Assembly: GCA_965659465.1 (NCBI GenBank)
Contig: CBFHVU010000001.1
Span: forward strand, 5,898 to 69,897
Source of the DNA: an uncultured Rhodobacteraceae bacterium
Lineage (GTDB): Bacteria; Pseudomonadota; Alphaproteobacteria; Rhodobacterales; Rhodobacteraceae
Direction: 5' to 3'
DNA length: 64,000 nucleotides
Position numbers and translations under genes: made by a program. This document shows positions 55,859 through 64,000 of the stretch, piece by piece (position 1 is the stretch's first letter; every line of letters starts with the position of its first letter). The notes beneath the pieces are model-generated. The model did not search any database and was not told where the DNA came from. It saw only the letters and a program-made list of their open reading frames with translations.

Positions 55859-57034
55859 TTACAGCGTTTCGATGGCAATTGCGATGCCTTGGCCACCGCC
55901 GATACACATGGTGATCAAACCTTTGCCGCCGCCAATACGTTCCAATTCATAGAGCGTTTTAATGGTGATAATCGCACCGGTCGCCCCAACTGGATGTCCC
56001 AGCGCAATCGCGCCGCCATTGGGGTTTACACGGGCAGGATCCAATCCCAATCCTTTGTTCACGGCCAAGGCTTGGGCGGCGAATGCCTCATTGCTTTCGA
56101 TGACATCGAAATCAGTGATGGACAGGCCCGTTTTTGCCAACAGGTTTTCAACTGCGGGAACGGGGCCAATGCCCATGACCTCGGGGCGGACACCAGCATG
56201 GGCATAGCCCAAAACGCGCGCACGCGGTTTCAAACCCGCCTTGGCGGCCGCATCGGCGCGTGCCATCACGATTGCAGCCGCGCCATCATTGATGCCAGAT
56301 GCGTTTCCGGCGGTGACGCTGCCATCCTTTTGGAACACAGGGCGCAGACCGCCCAGCGCATCCATTGTGGTCGCCTTGGGGTGTTCATCAGTGTCAAAGG
56401 GCACCATATCGCGTTTTTGTTTTACCATCACTGGGGTGATTTGGCTTGCAAAGCGGCCCTCGGCAATCGCCGCCGCAGCCCGTGTTTGGCTGGTCATGGC
56501 AAATTCATCTTGGGCGGCGCGGGTGATATCATGTTCGGCCGCCACATTTTCCGCCGTGACCCCCATGTGACCCGTCCCAAACGGGCAATTCAACGCACCC
56601 AGCATCATATCCAGCGTGCGAATGTCGCCCATTTTCGCGCCCCAGCGCTGATCCTGAATGATATATGGCGATCGTGACATACATTCGGCCCCACCGGCCA
56701 AACCGAAATCCGCATCCCCCAGCATCAGCGATTGCACCACCGACACAATCGCCTGTGCGCCTGATCCACACAGGCGGTTGACGTTCATGGCAGGGGTTGT
56801 ATCGGGAATGCCCGCCTGCATTGCGGCCACGCGCGACAGATACATATCACGGGGTTCTGTGTTGATGACATGGCCAAACACCACATGGCCGATCTGTGCG
56901 CCCTCAACCCCGGATCGTTCCAATGCAGTCTTTGCCGCAACGGTGCCCAATTCAATGGGCGTCGTGCCTGCCAATGATCCGCCAAAGGTGCCAATGGCGG
57001 TGCGTGCGCCGTCTAAAATTACGATATCTGTCAT
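55859..57034 (-). CDS. acetyl-CoA C-acetyltransferase (thiolase II)
   Basis: 391 aa with active-site contexts (NRLCGSG, the GHPVGATG region, CIGGGQG). Confidence 0.92.
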   Translation of the reverse strand: MTDIVILDGARTAIGTFGGSLAGTTPIELGTVAAKTALERSGVEGAQIGHVVFGHVINTEPRDMYLSRVAAMQAGIPDTTPAMNVNRLCGSGAQAIVSVVQSLMLGDADFGLAGGAECMSRSPYIIQDQRWGAKMGDIRTLDMMLGALNCPFGTGHMGVTAENVAAEHDITRAAQDEFAMTSQTRAAAAIAEGRFASQITPVMVKQKRDMVPFDTDEHPKATTMDALGGLRPVFQKDGSVTAGNASGINDGAAAIVMARADAAAKAGLKPRARVLGYAHAGVRPEVMGIGPVPAVENLLAKTGLSITDFDVIESNEAFAAQALAVNKGLGLDPARVNPNGGAIALGHPVGATGAIITIKTLYELERIGGGKGLITMCIGGGQGIAIAIETL

Positions 57035-57164
57035 GGTCTGCCCCTATCTGTGACTTTGTGGCGATTATGGCGGTCTAATTTGATTTGTCACCCAGAACGT
57101 ACCGTCAAAACCGATACTTATGCGGTGGGTTGTTATTTGATGGATATTAGATAAACCTACGGTC

Positions 57165-58022
57165 ATGGAAAAATCACTGCTTTCGTTTGGTCATGGATAT
57201 TCTGCGCGCGCCTTGGCGGCGCGGGTTATTCCATTGGGATGGAGGGTTTATGGGACGACACGGTCCCCAGACACCGCCGACAAAATGCGCGCGGATGGTG
57301 TCACGCCCCTGATTTGGGGGGATGCACAGATCGCAGATGTCTTGGATCAGGTATCGCATGTCATTACATCGATTGCCCCACAGGCCGATGGCGATCCTGT
57401 GCTGGGAACCTATGGCGACGCCATTGCCCGAAATGCTGCGCGCTATCGCTGGGTGGGATATTTATCGACAACAGGGGTTTATGGCGATCATGGGGGCGCA
57501 TGGGTGGATGAAACCACGCCGCTGACCCCCAGCACCCAACGCGGCCGTGCCCGCGTTCAGGCCGAGGCCGCATGGCAAGCCATTCCAAACCTGCCCCTGC
57601 ACATATTCCGCTTGGCAGGCATCTATGGGCCGGGCCGCGGCCCCTTTGCCAAGGTGCGGGCCGGCACAGCACAACGGATCATTAAACAGGGCCAAGTGTT
57701 CAGCCGCATCCACGTGGATGACATCGCACAGGCGGTTGCCGCGTCCATGATGTCACCAACGCAGGGCGAGATATATAATCTATGCGATGATGATCCCGCC
57801 CCCCCGCAGGATGTGATCGGCTATGCGGCACAGATTCTGGGCCTGCCCCAACCGCCCGAGGTGCATTTCGAAACCGCCGATCTGTCCCCCATGGCGCGCA
57901 GTTTCTATTCCGAAAGCAAACGGGTATCGAATGCCAAGGTCAAACGCGATCTGGGGATCACATTGATCCACCCCACCTATAAAGCAGGGCTGGACGCGAT
58001 GTTAGCCAGAAATCAAACCTAA
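57165..58022 (+). CDS. SDR/NAD-dependent epimerase family protein
   Basis: 285 aa with a Rossmann-like N-terminus. Its 3' end overlaps the dxs 3' end by 21 nt (convergent). Confidence 0.7.
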   Translation: MEKSLLSFGHGYSARALAARVIPLGWRVYGTTRSPDTADKMRADGVTPLIWGDAQIADVLDQVSHVITSIAPQADGDPVLGTYGDAIARNAARYRWVGYLSTTGVYGDHGGAWVDETTPLTPSTQRGRARVQAEAAWQAIPNLPLHIFRLAGIYGPGRGPFAKVRAGTAQRIIKQGQVFSRIHVDDIAQAVAASMMSPTQGEIYNLCDDDPAPPQDVIGYAAQILGLPQPPEVHFETADLSPMARSFYSESKRVSNAKVKRDLGITLIHPTYKAGLDAMLARNQT

Positions 58023-59909
58023 CACCTGCGCCACAATCGCGTCTGCATCCAGACCCGCCTGGGCATACATGTCATCCGGGCTGGCATGATCGATATAGGT
58101 ATCAGGCAGCTGCATGGTGCGCACCCTAAGCCGCCCATGATCCAACACACCGTTATCGATCAACAACTGCAACACATGACTGCCAAAGCCGCCGACGGCG
58201 CCCTCTTCTATCGTAATTAGGGCATCGTGATTGGCGGCCAGATCCAAAATCATGTCCCGATCCAGCGGTTTTGCAAATCGCGCATCGGCAATGGTGGGGG
58301 TAATGTCGTGTGACAACAGCATTTCAGCGGCCTGCTGGACCTGACCCAAACGTGTACCGAATGACAATATGGCCACGCGCGATCCGGATTGAATGATGCG
58401 GCCTTTGCCGATTTCCAGAACTTGGGGCTGGTCGGGGATGTCCACGCCCTGTCCTTCGCCCCGTGGATACCGGAACGCGATGGGTCCATCGTCATAGGCG
58501 GCGGCGGTGGCCACCATGTGGGTCAATTCGGCCTCGTCCGCGGCGGCCATAACCACCATATTGGGCAGGTTCGCCATATAGGCGATATCAAAACTGCCCG
58601 CATGTGTGGCCCCATCGGCCCCCACCAATCCCGCTCGGTCAATGGCAAAGCGGACAGGCAGATTTTGCAACGCCACATCATGAACAACCTGATCATAGCC
58701 GCGCTGCAAAAACGTTGAATAAATCGCACAGAATGGCCGCATGCCCCCTGCCGCCAATGCGGCCGCAAATGTCACGCCATGTTGTTCCGCAATCCCCACA
58801 TCAAAACACCGACTGGGATAGCGTTCGGCCATCAGGTTCAGGCCCGTGCCATCCGGCATTGCCGCCGTAACCGCACAAATCCGCGGATCATCTGCCGCCG
58901 CCGCAACCAAGGCGCGGGCAAACACGGATGTATAGCTGGGCGCGTTGGATGGGGATTTATGCTGTTTGCCTGTCACCACATCAAATTTGGCGGTGGCATG
59001 GCCCCGATCACGGGCCTGTTCAGCGGGGGCGTATCCCTTGCCCTTTTGCGTGACGGCATGGATCAAAATGGGACCGTTTGCGCGGTCTTTGACGGTGCGT
59101 AGCAATGGCAACAACTGGTTCAGGTCATGGCCGTCAATCGGCCCGACATAGGAAAACCCCAATGCTTCGAACAATGTGCCGCCCACGGCCATGCCCTTTA
59201 ACATATCCTTGGCGCGTTTTGCACCTTCGCGGAATGGTTCGGGCAGGAAGGATACTGCGCCTTTGGCGACCTCTTTCAAATCTTGGAATGGGGCGCCGGA
59301 ATACAGCTGGCTTAGGTAATTCGACAATGCACCCACGGGTTCGGCGATAGACATATCATTATCGTTCAAAATCACGATCAGCCGTTTTTTCAAATGGCCG
59401 GCGTGATTCATCGCCTCATAGGCCATGCCGCCGGTCATTGCACCATCACCAATCACCGCAATTGCATCGCCCAATCCCGCGTCGATCTGGCCGCCCAAAT
59501 CGCGCGCCGTGGCAAAGCCCAAGGCCGCCGAAATTGATGTGCTGGAATGCGCCGCGCCAAAGGGGTCATAGGCGCTTTCGCTGCGTTTGGTGAACCCACT
59601 TAGCCCACCTTTCTGGCGTAGGGTCAGCATGCGTTCACGCCGACCCGTCAGGATTTTATGCGGATAGGTTTGGTGACTGACGTCCCAGATAATTTTATCG
59701 CGCGGCGTGTCAAACACCGCATGCAGGGCCACGGTCAGTTCCACCACACCCAGACCGGCCCCCAAATGTCCGCCCGTTTGGGATACGGCCGAAATGGTTT
59801 CCGACCGCAATTCCGCCGCCAGCTGGCCCAACTGTGCGTCTGACAGACGTTTTAAATCGCTTGGCGATGTAATCTGATCCAACAGGGGGGTATGGGGCAA
59901 AACAGACAT
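58002..59909 (-). CDS. dxs: 1-deoxy-D-xylulose-5-phosphate synthase
   Basis: 635 aa with a TPP-binding motif ([15 protein letters not shown]) and transketolase-like domains. Confidence 0.95.
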   Translation of the reverse strand: MSVLPHTPLLDQITSPSDLKRLSDAQLGQLAAELRSETISAVSQTGGHLGAGLGVVELTVALHAVFDTPRDKIIWDVSHQTYPHKILTGRRERMLTLRQKGGLSGFTKRSESAYDPFGAAHSSTSISAALGFATARDLGGQIDAGLGDAIAVIGDGAMTGGMAYEAMNHAGHLKKRLIVILNDNDMSIAEPVGALSNYLSQLYSGAPFQDLKEVAKGAVSFLPEPFREGAKRAKDMLKGMAVGGTLFEALGFSYVGPIDGHDLNQLLPLLRTVKDRANGPILIHAVTQKGKGYAPAEQARDRGHATAKFDVVTGKQHKSPSNAPSYTSVFARALVAAAADDPRICAVTAAMPDGTGLNLMAERYPSRCFDVGIAEQHGVTFAAALAAGGMRPFCAIYSTFLQRGYDQVVHDVALQNLPVRFAIDRAGLVGADGATHAGSFDIAYMANLPNMVVMAAADEAELTHMVATAAAYDDGPIAFRYPRGEGQGVDIPDQPQVLEIGKGRIIQSGSRVAILSFGTRLGQVQQAAEMLLSHDITPTIADARFAKPLDRDMILDLAANHDALITIEEGAVGGFGSHVLQLLIDNGVLDHGRLRVRTMQLPDTYIDHASPDDMYAQAGLDADAIVAQVLGLISG

Positions 59910-59939
59910 CTGCGATCCTTTGGCCAGTTGATAATCGCG

Positions 59940-60806
59940 TTAATTATTGCGTGCAATAATAAACCGTGCCACCTGCTGCAAGGTATCGGCCCGCATTCCA
60001 TAGGGTGATATAGCGTCACAGGCCTGATCCACCAGAGTTTGCGCCCGTTTTTTGGCCCCACCAAGACCCAACAGCGATACAAAGGTGGCTTTGCCGGCCT
60101 CGGCATCTTTGTTCAGGCGTTTGCCGGCCAATTCGGGATCGCCCGTCACATCCAATATATCGTCGGCAATCTGGAACGCCAGACCAATGGCATGGGCGTA
60201 GCGTGCCAGCGCGGTAGTATCTTGGCCCGCCATAATCGCACCGGCCCGCGCGCTATAGGATATCAGCGCACCGGTTTTACCCTGTTGCAGATGGGTGATC
60301 TGATCCAACGTCAGCGGTGTGTCCGCCGTTTCTGCTGCAATATCCAAGGCCTGCCCCAAAACCATGCCCTGCGCGCCCGAGGCGCGTGCCAATTCCATCG
60401 CCAGCATGGCGCGCACAGCAGCGTCATCACTGGTCTGCGGCGCAAGCGTCAATTCAAAGCCCAAGGTTTGCAAGGCATCGCCCGCCAACACGGCCGTTGC
60501 ATCATCCCATTTTTTATGGACCGTGGGCCGGCCGCGGCGCATATCGTCATCATCCATGCAGGGCAGGTCATCATGCACTAGGGAATAGGCATGGATCGCC
60601 TCAATCCCCGATGCGGGCCAGATGGATTGTACGGCAGGAATGTCAAACAGGCCCGCGCTTTCCATCACCAAAAATGCGCGCAGGCGTTTACCGCCCTGTA
60701 ATGCATATTCCATGGCATGAACCACATCGACGCGGTCCATTTGTGCCAGATAGGCATCCAAATGCGATTGCACCTGTGCGGCGCAGGCCTGCAATTTATC
60801 CTGCAC
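59940..60806 (-). CDS. ispA: (2E,6E)-farnesyl diphosphate synthase / polyprenyl synthetase
   Basis: 288 aa with a DDLPCMDDDDMRRG first Asp-rich motif and a DDILD second one. Confidence 0.9.
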   Translation of the reverse strand: MQDKLQACAAQVQSHLDAYLAQMDRVDVVHAMEYALQGGKRLRAFLVMESAGLFDIPAVQSIWPASGIEAIHAYSLVHDDLPCMDDDDMRRGRPTVHKKWDDATAVLAGDALQTLGFELTLAPQTSDDAAVRAMLAMELARASGAQGMVLGQALDIAAETADTPLTLDQITHLQQGKTGALISYSARAGAIMAGQDTTALARYAHAIGLAFQIADDILDVTGDPELAGKRLNKDAEAGKATFVSLLGLGGAKKRAQTLVDQACDAISPYGMRADTLQQVARFIIARNN

Positions 60807-60811
60807 GGGGG

Positions 60812-61054
60812 TTACAGCCCCTCAACGGCGGTGGTGCCAGTGGGGGTGCCTTGGCCATCCAATGTGATGGCGGCGACCTTTTCTTCGGCCTCTTTCAGTT
60901 TGGTTTCGCAGCGTTTTTTCAACTGGGCCCCACGTTCGTACAGGGTGATTGATGCCTCAAGCGCGACATCGCCATGTTCCAATTGCGATACCACACGTTC
61001 CAATTCGGCCATGGCTTGTTCAAATGTCATTTCGTCAATAGGTGTGTCTGTCAT
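60812..61054 (-). CDS. xseB: exodeoxyribonuclease VII small subunit
   Basis: 80 aa. Conserved xseB-ispA-dxs order. Confidence 0.9.
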   Translation of the reverse strand: MTDTPIDEMTFEQAMAELERVVSQLEHGDVALEASITLYERGAQLKKRCETKLKEAEEKVAAITLDGQGTPTGTTAVEGL

Positions 61055-61977
61055 GATGCGGCCTCTATCAATTTTTGGACATGCGCTGTGGCGGAACGCG
61101 CCAAGGCTGCTAGATCATAGCCGCCTTCTAATACGGATACCACCCTGCCTTGGCAAAACTCATCCGCAATTTCGCATAGATGCTGTGTGATCCACGCAAA
61201 ATCATCCTCATCCCAATTCAATTGCGCCAATGGGTCGTCGGCATGGGCATCAAAGCCTGCCGAAATCAACAACAGTTGTGGCTGAAAGGCGCGCAGGCGG
61301 GGAAACACGATGTCTTGGTATTTTTGCCGCATGATCGCACCGTCACTGTCAGGGGGCAGTGGAATATTGACCACGTTATCATAGGCACCGGTTTCATCGG
61401 CCCGTCCCGACCCGGGCCATAACGGCATTTGTTGGCTGGTAATGGTCAAGGCGCGGCGTTCAGCCCATAACAGGTCTTGGGTCCCATTTCCGTGATGCAC
61501 ATCAAAATCGACCACAGCCACGCGGTCCAAGCCGTGATAATCCAGCGCATGTTTGGCGGCAATCGCCACATTCCCAAACAGGCAAAACCCCATGGGCGTT
61601 TCCGTTTCCGCGTGATGCCCCGGCGGGCGGCCCGCGACAAACACGTTTTGTGCGCTGCCATCCATAACCATATCGACGGCCCGCACAGCACCACCCACGG
61701 CGCGAAATGCGGCCTGAACGGATCCGGGCGACATATGCGTATCGCCGTCGATTTGCACGGTTCCCGCATCAGGGCAGGCATCGCGAATGGCATCCAAATG
61801 ACGCTGGGGATGACACCGCAGCACATCATCATCAGCCGCCAAGGGGGCCGACACACGGTTCAAATCCAAATCAGCCAAGGCATGCAGGATATGATCCAGC
61901 CGCGCCACCTGTTCAGGGTGACCCGCCGGTGTCACATGATCCAAACAATCGGCATGAGTGATCAAAGCTGTTTTCAT
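61051..61977 (-). CDS. histone deacetylase-family (acetoin utilisation/acetylpolyamine amidohydrolase-like) protein
   Basis: ATG at 61977 (MKTALITHADC). Motifs RPPGHHA and DFDVHHGNGT are present. ATGA overlap with xseB. Confidence 0.85.
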   Translation of the reverse strand: MKTALITHADCLDHVTPAGHPEQVARLDHILHALADLDLNRVSAPLAADDDVLRCHPQRHLDAIRDACPDAGTVQIDGDTHMSPGSVQAAFRAVGGAVRAVDMVMDGSAQNVFVAGRPPGHHAETETPMGFCLFGNVAIAAKHALDYHGLDRVAVVDFDVHHGNGTQDLLWAERRALTITSQQMPLWPGSGRADETGAYDNVVNIPLPPDSDGAIMRQKYQDIVFPRLRAFQPQLLLISAGFDAHADDPLAQLNWDEDDFAWITQHLCEIADEFCQGRVVSVLEGGYDLAALARSATAHVQKLIEAAS

Positions 61978-62040
61978 AAGTGTTCCTGCCCCTAAATCCA
62001 TTTAGTAAACTGTACGAGAATGCAGCGCTGTTTCAAATGA

Positions 62041-62066
62041 AAAAGGCGCCCCACAGGACGCCTTTT
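62041..62066 (-). terminator. rho-independent terminator after the ABC permease genes
   Basis: On the minus strand, AAAAGGCG-..-CGCCTTTT is followed by TCATTT. Confidence 0.7.
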
Positions 62067-62084
62067 GCAGAAAATGTTATCCGA

Positions 62085-63311
62085 TTATGTCGGCGACATC
62101 CCACGCAACCGTTCCGAGCGGCGACGCAGCATTTCCAGCGTAATCAACAGCGCGATCGACAAAGCAACCAAGATCGTCGCAACCGCCAAAATCGTCGGGC
62201 TGATTTGTTCACGCAGGCCTAGGAACATCTGCCATGGCAGCGTTTTCTGACTGGCCGATCCGATGAACATCACCACCACCACTTCGTCGAATGATGTGAT
62301 GAATGCAAACAAACCACCCGAAATCACACCCGGCAGGATCAATGGCATTTGCACACGGAAAAACGTGGTGACAGGATTGGCCCCCATATTCGCCGCCGCA
62401 CGGGTCAGTGACCGGTCAAACCCAACCAAGGTGGCCGTAACCGTAATGATCACGAACGGAATACCCAAAACGGCATGCGCCAGAACCACTTTGACATAAC
62501 CGACAAAGTTTTTGTTCATGCCCATGGTGTTTTCCATGAAATTCCCAAGATCCGAGTAGAAAAAGAACATACCCGTCGCGGAAATGATCAGCGGAACGAT
62601 CATCGGCGAAATCAGGATCGCCATAATGGCGCGTTTCGCAGGCACATGTGATTGGCTAAGCCCAATGGCGGCCAATGTGCCCAATGACACGGAAATAATC
62701 GTCGCAATCGGCGCAATAACCAACGAATTTTTGAACGACCGCAGCCATTCCCCGTTGGAATCGGCACGCAGGCCCAAGAAATCTTGGTAATGTTTCAACG
62801 AATACCCATCAGGATCCAACCGCAGCATTTCCGGTGTAAAGGTAAAGAAATCCTGTGCGTTGAACGACAGCGGCAGAACCACCAAAATGGGCGTTACCAA
62901 AAATACGAAAATTGCGCCACAGATCATGCGGAATGTGTAATGCCACAACACTTGGGCCGGTGTCAGATAGGGCAGCAAGCTTCTGCGATACCGCCCTTCG
63001 TACAGCCAAAAGATAAACCAACTGGTCAGGCTGCCATAGATCAGCCCCAAGATAATGCCGCCGACTTGGGCAAAGGCAAACCCTGCGACAACACACAGGG
63101 CCAGATTTAGCCAGCGTGACAGTTTTTCGTTTTTGATAACTGTGATGTACAGCGTGGCCAAGCCCATCAAAATGACGGCCCCGCCAATCATGCCCATGAT
63201 GCCTGATCCTGCGGCCGTTCCGATGAACAGCCCCAAAATCGCACCCAAGATGGCACAGCACTGCAATACAAACGACAGTGGTTTACGTGATATTGGTGAT
63301 ACTAATGTCAT
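62085..63311 (-). CDS. ABC transporter permease (PotC/PotI-like) with a ~125 aa N-terminal membrane extension
   Basis: 408 aa. The C-terminal ~280 aa form a binding-protein-dependent transport inner-membrane domain. The N-terminal part is Gly-rich and hydrophobic. Confidence 0.8.
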   Translation of the reverse strand: MTLVSPISRKPLSFVLQCCAILGAILGLFIGTAAGSGIMGMIGGAVILMGLATLYITVIKNEKLSRWLNLALCVVAGFAFAQVGGIILGLIYGSLTSWFIFWLYEGRYRRSLLPYLTPAQVLWHYTFRMICGAIFVFLVTPILVVLPLSFNAQDFFTFTPEMLRLDPDGYSLKHYQDFLGLRADSNGEWLRSFKNSLVIAPIATIISVSLGTLAAIGLSQSHVPAKRAIMAILISPMIVPLIISATGMFFFYSDLGNFMENTMGMNKNFVGYVKVVLAHAVLGIPFVIITVTATLVGFDRSLTRAAANMGANPVTTFFRVQMPLILPGVISGGLFAFITSFDEVVVVMFIGSASQKTLPWQMFLGLREQISPTILAVATILVALSIALLITLEMLRRRSERLRGMSPT

Positions 63312-63316
63312 TATCT

Positions 63317-64000
63317 TTACCCCAATTTCACGTTGTCGATACCGACAATTTTGTCATAGGCCCAGTACAGAACCAAAACCACCGCCAGCAATATGGCCCC
63401 CAATGCTGCGGCCAAGCCCCAGTTCAGCGAAGATGAAATATGGTATGCAATCCGGTTTGAAATAAACACACCATCCGTGCCACCCACGATTTCAGGCGTG
63501 ATGTAATACCCGATGGCCAGAATGAACACCAAAATGGACCCAGCCCCAATACCCGGAATGGATTGCGGGAAATACACGCGCCAAAACGCGGTCCAGTTTG
63601 TGGCGCCCAGTGATTTGGCGGCCCGCAAATAGCTGGGCGGAATGGTTTGCATCACCGAATACATCGGCAAAATCATGAACGGCAACAGGATATGCGTCAT
63701 CGCCGTAATGGTACCGAACTGGTTGTTGATAATTTCCAAACGCCCATCATTGGCCACCAGCCCCAACCAGACTAGAACGTCATTGATGACACCTTGGTTT
63801 TGCAGCATCACTTTCCATGCGGATGTCCGCACCAACAGCGATGTCCAAAACGGCAACAAAACCAAAATCATCAACAGGTTCGCTGACCGTGCCGGCAGGT
63901 TCGCCAAAATCCATGCCACTGGATAGCCCAGCAAAATACACATGCCGGTGATAATCAACGACATTTTCACCGTTCGAATGAACAGTTTAATCAGGATTTG
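63317..64000 (-). CDS. ABC transporter permease (PotB/PotH-like), 5' end beyond the window
   Basis: The frame stays open from 63970 to the window edge (..QILIKLFIRTVKMSLIITG..). It has an EAA-loop type region (YLRAAKSLGATNWTAFWRVYFP). Confidence 0.8.
   Translation of the reverse strand, partial: QILIKLFIRTVKMSLIITGMCILLGYPVAWILANLPARSANLLMILVLLPFWTSLLVRTSAWKVMLQNQGVINDVLVWLGLVANDGRLEIINNQFGTITAMTHILLPFMILPMYSVMQTIPPSYLRAAKSLGATNWTAFWRVYFPQSIPGIGAGSILVFILAIGYYITPEIVGGTDGVFISNRIAYHISSSLNWGLAAALGAILLAVVLVLYWAYDKIVGIDNVKLG

Overview
This window looks like chromosomal core DNA from an alphaproteobacterium, probably Rhodobacterales or roseobacter-like. That assignment is inferred from gene content, synteny and protein signatures, with no database search. 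About 60 genes are densely packed, and many share 4-nt ATGA start/stop overlaps.

In order, the window contains:
- tRNA-Val, an N-formylglutamate amidohydrolase-like gene, dinB, an SPFH/NfeD pair, a 2OG-Fe(II) oxygenase, nadE and dnaE
- a seven-gene xdhABC plus BMP-type ABC transporter operon
- a CBS protein, a DUF938 methyltransferase, an M48 lipoprotein peptidase and modBC
- rimP-nusA-ylxR-infB
- mutT-argJ-PPIase, divergent from secA
- a PstS/OmpA fusion gene, radC and nhaA
- the marR / C-N hydrolase / grxC / comF block, a methyltransferase, hemH and a thioesterase/kinase/MaoC trio
- an RNase D-like gene, lptCAB, hpf-ptsN, cysQ, an ABC-2 permease and a cytochrome c peroxidase
- dnaK-dnaJ, a sensor-kinase remnant, a thiolase, an SDR gene, dxs-ispA-xseB-HDAC and two polyamine-type ABC permeases

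I found no IS element, integrase, phage gene, CRISPR array, toxin-antitoxin pair or recognisable defence system. I cannot support a claim of a new multi-gene system here.

The most unusual signal is a concentration of gene-decay scars:
- four conserved genes carry single in-frame stop codons (TAG, TAG, TAA, TGA)
- two genes are frameshifted, and one of those is also 3'-truncated
- two conserved synteny slots look emptied, with possible short relics: modA upstream of modB, and rpoN between lptB and hpf

All large housekeeping genes are intact. The second notable feature is a promoter plus canonical intrinsic terminator packed into the short rimP-nusA-infB leader, which could be an attenuator or a small RNA.
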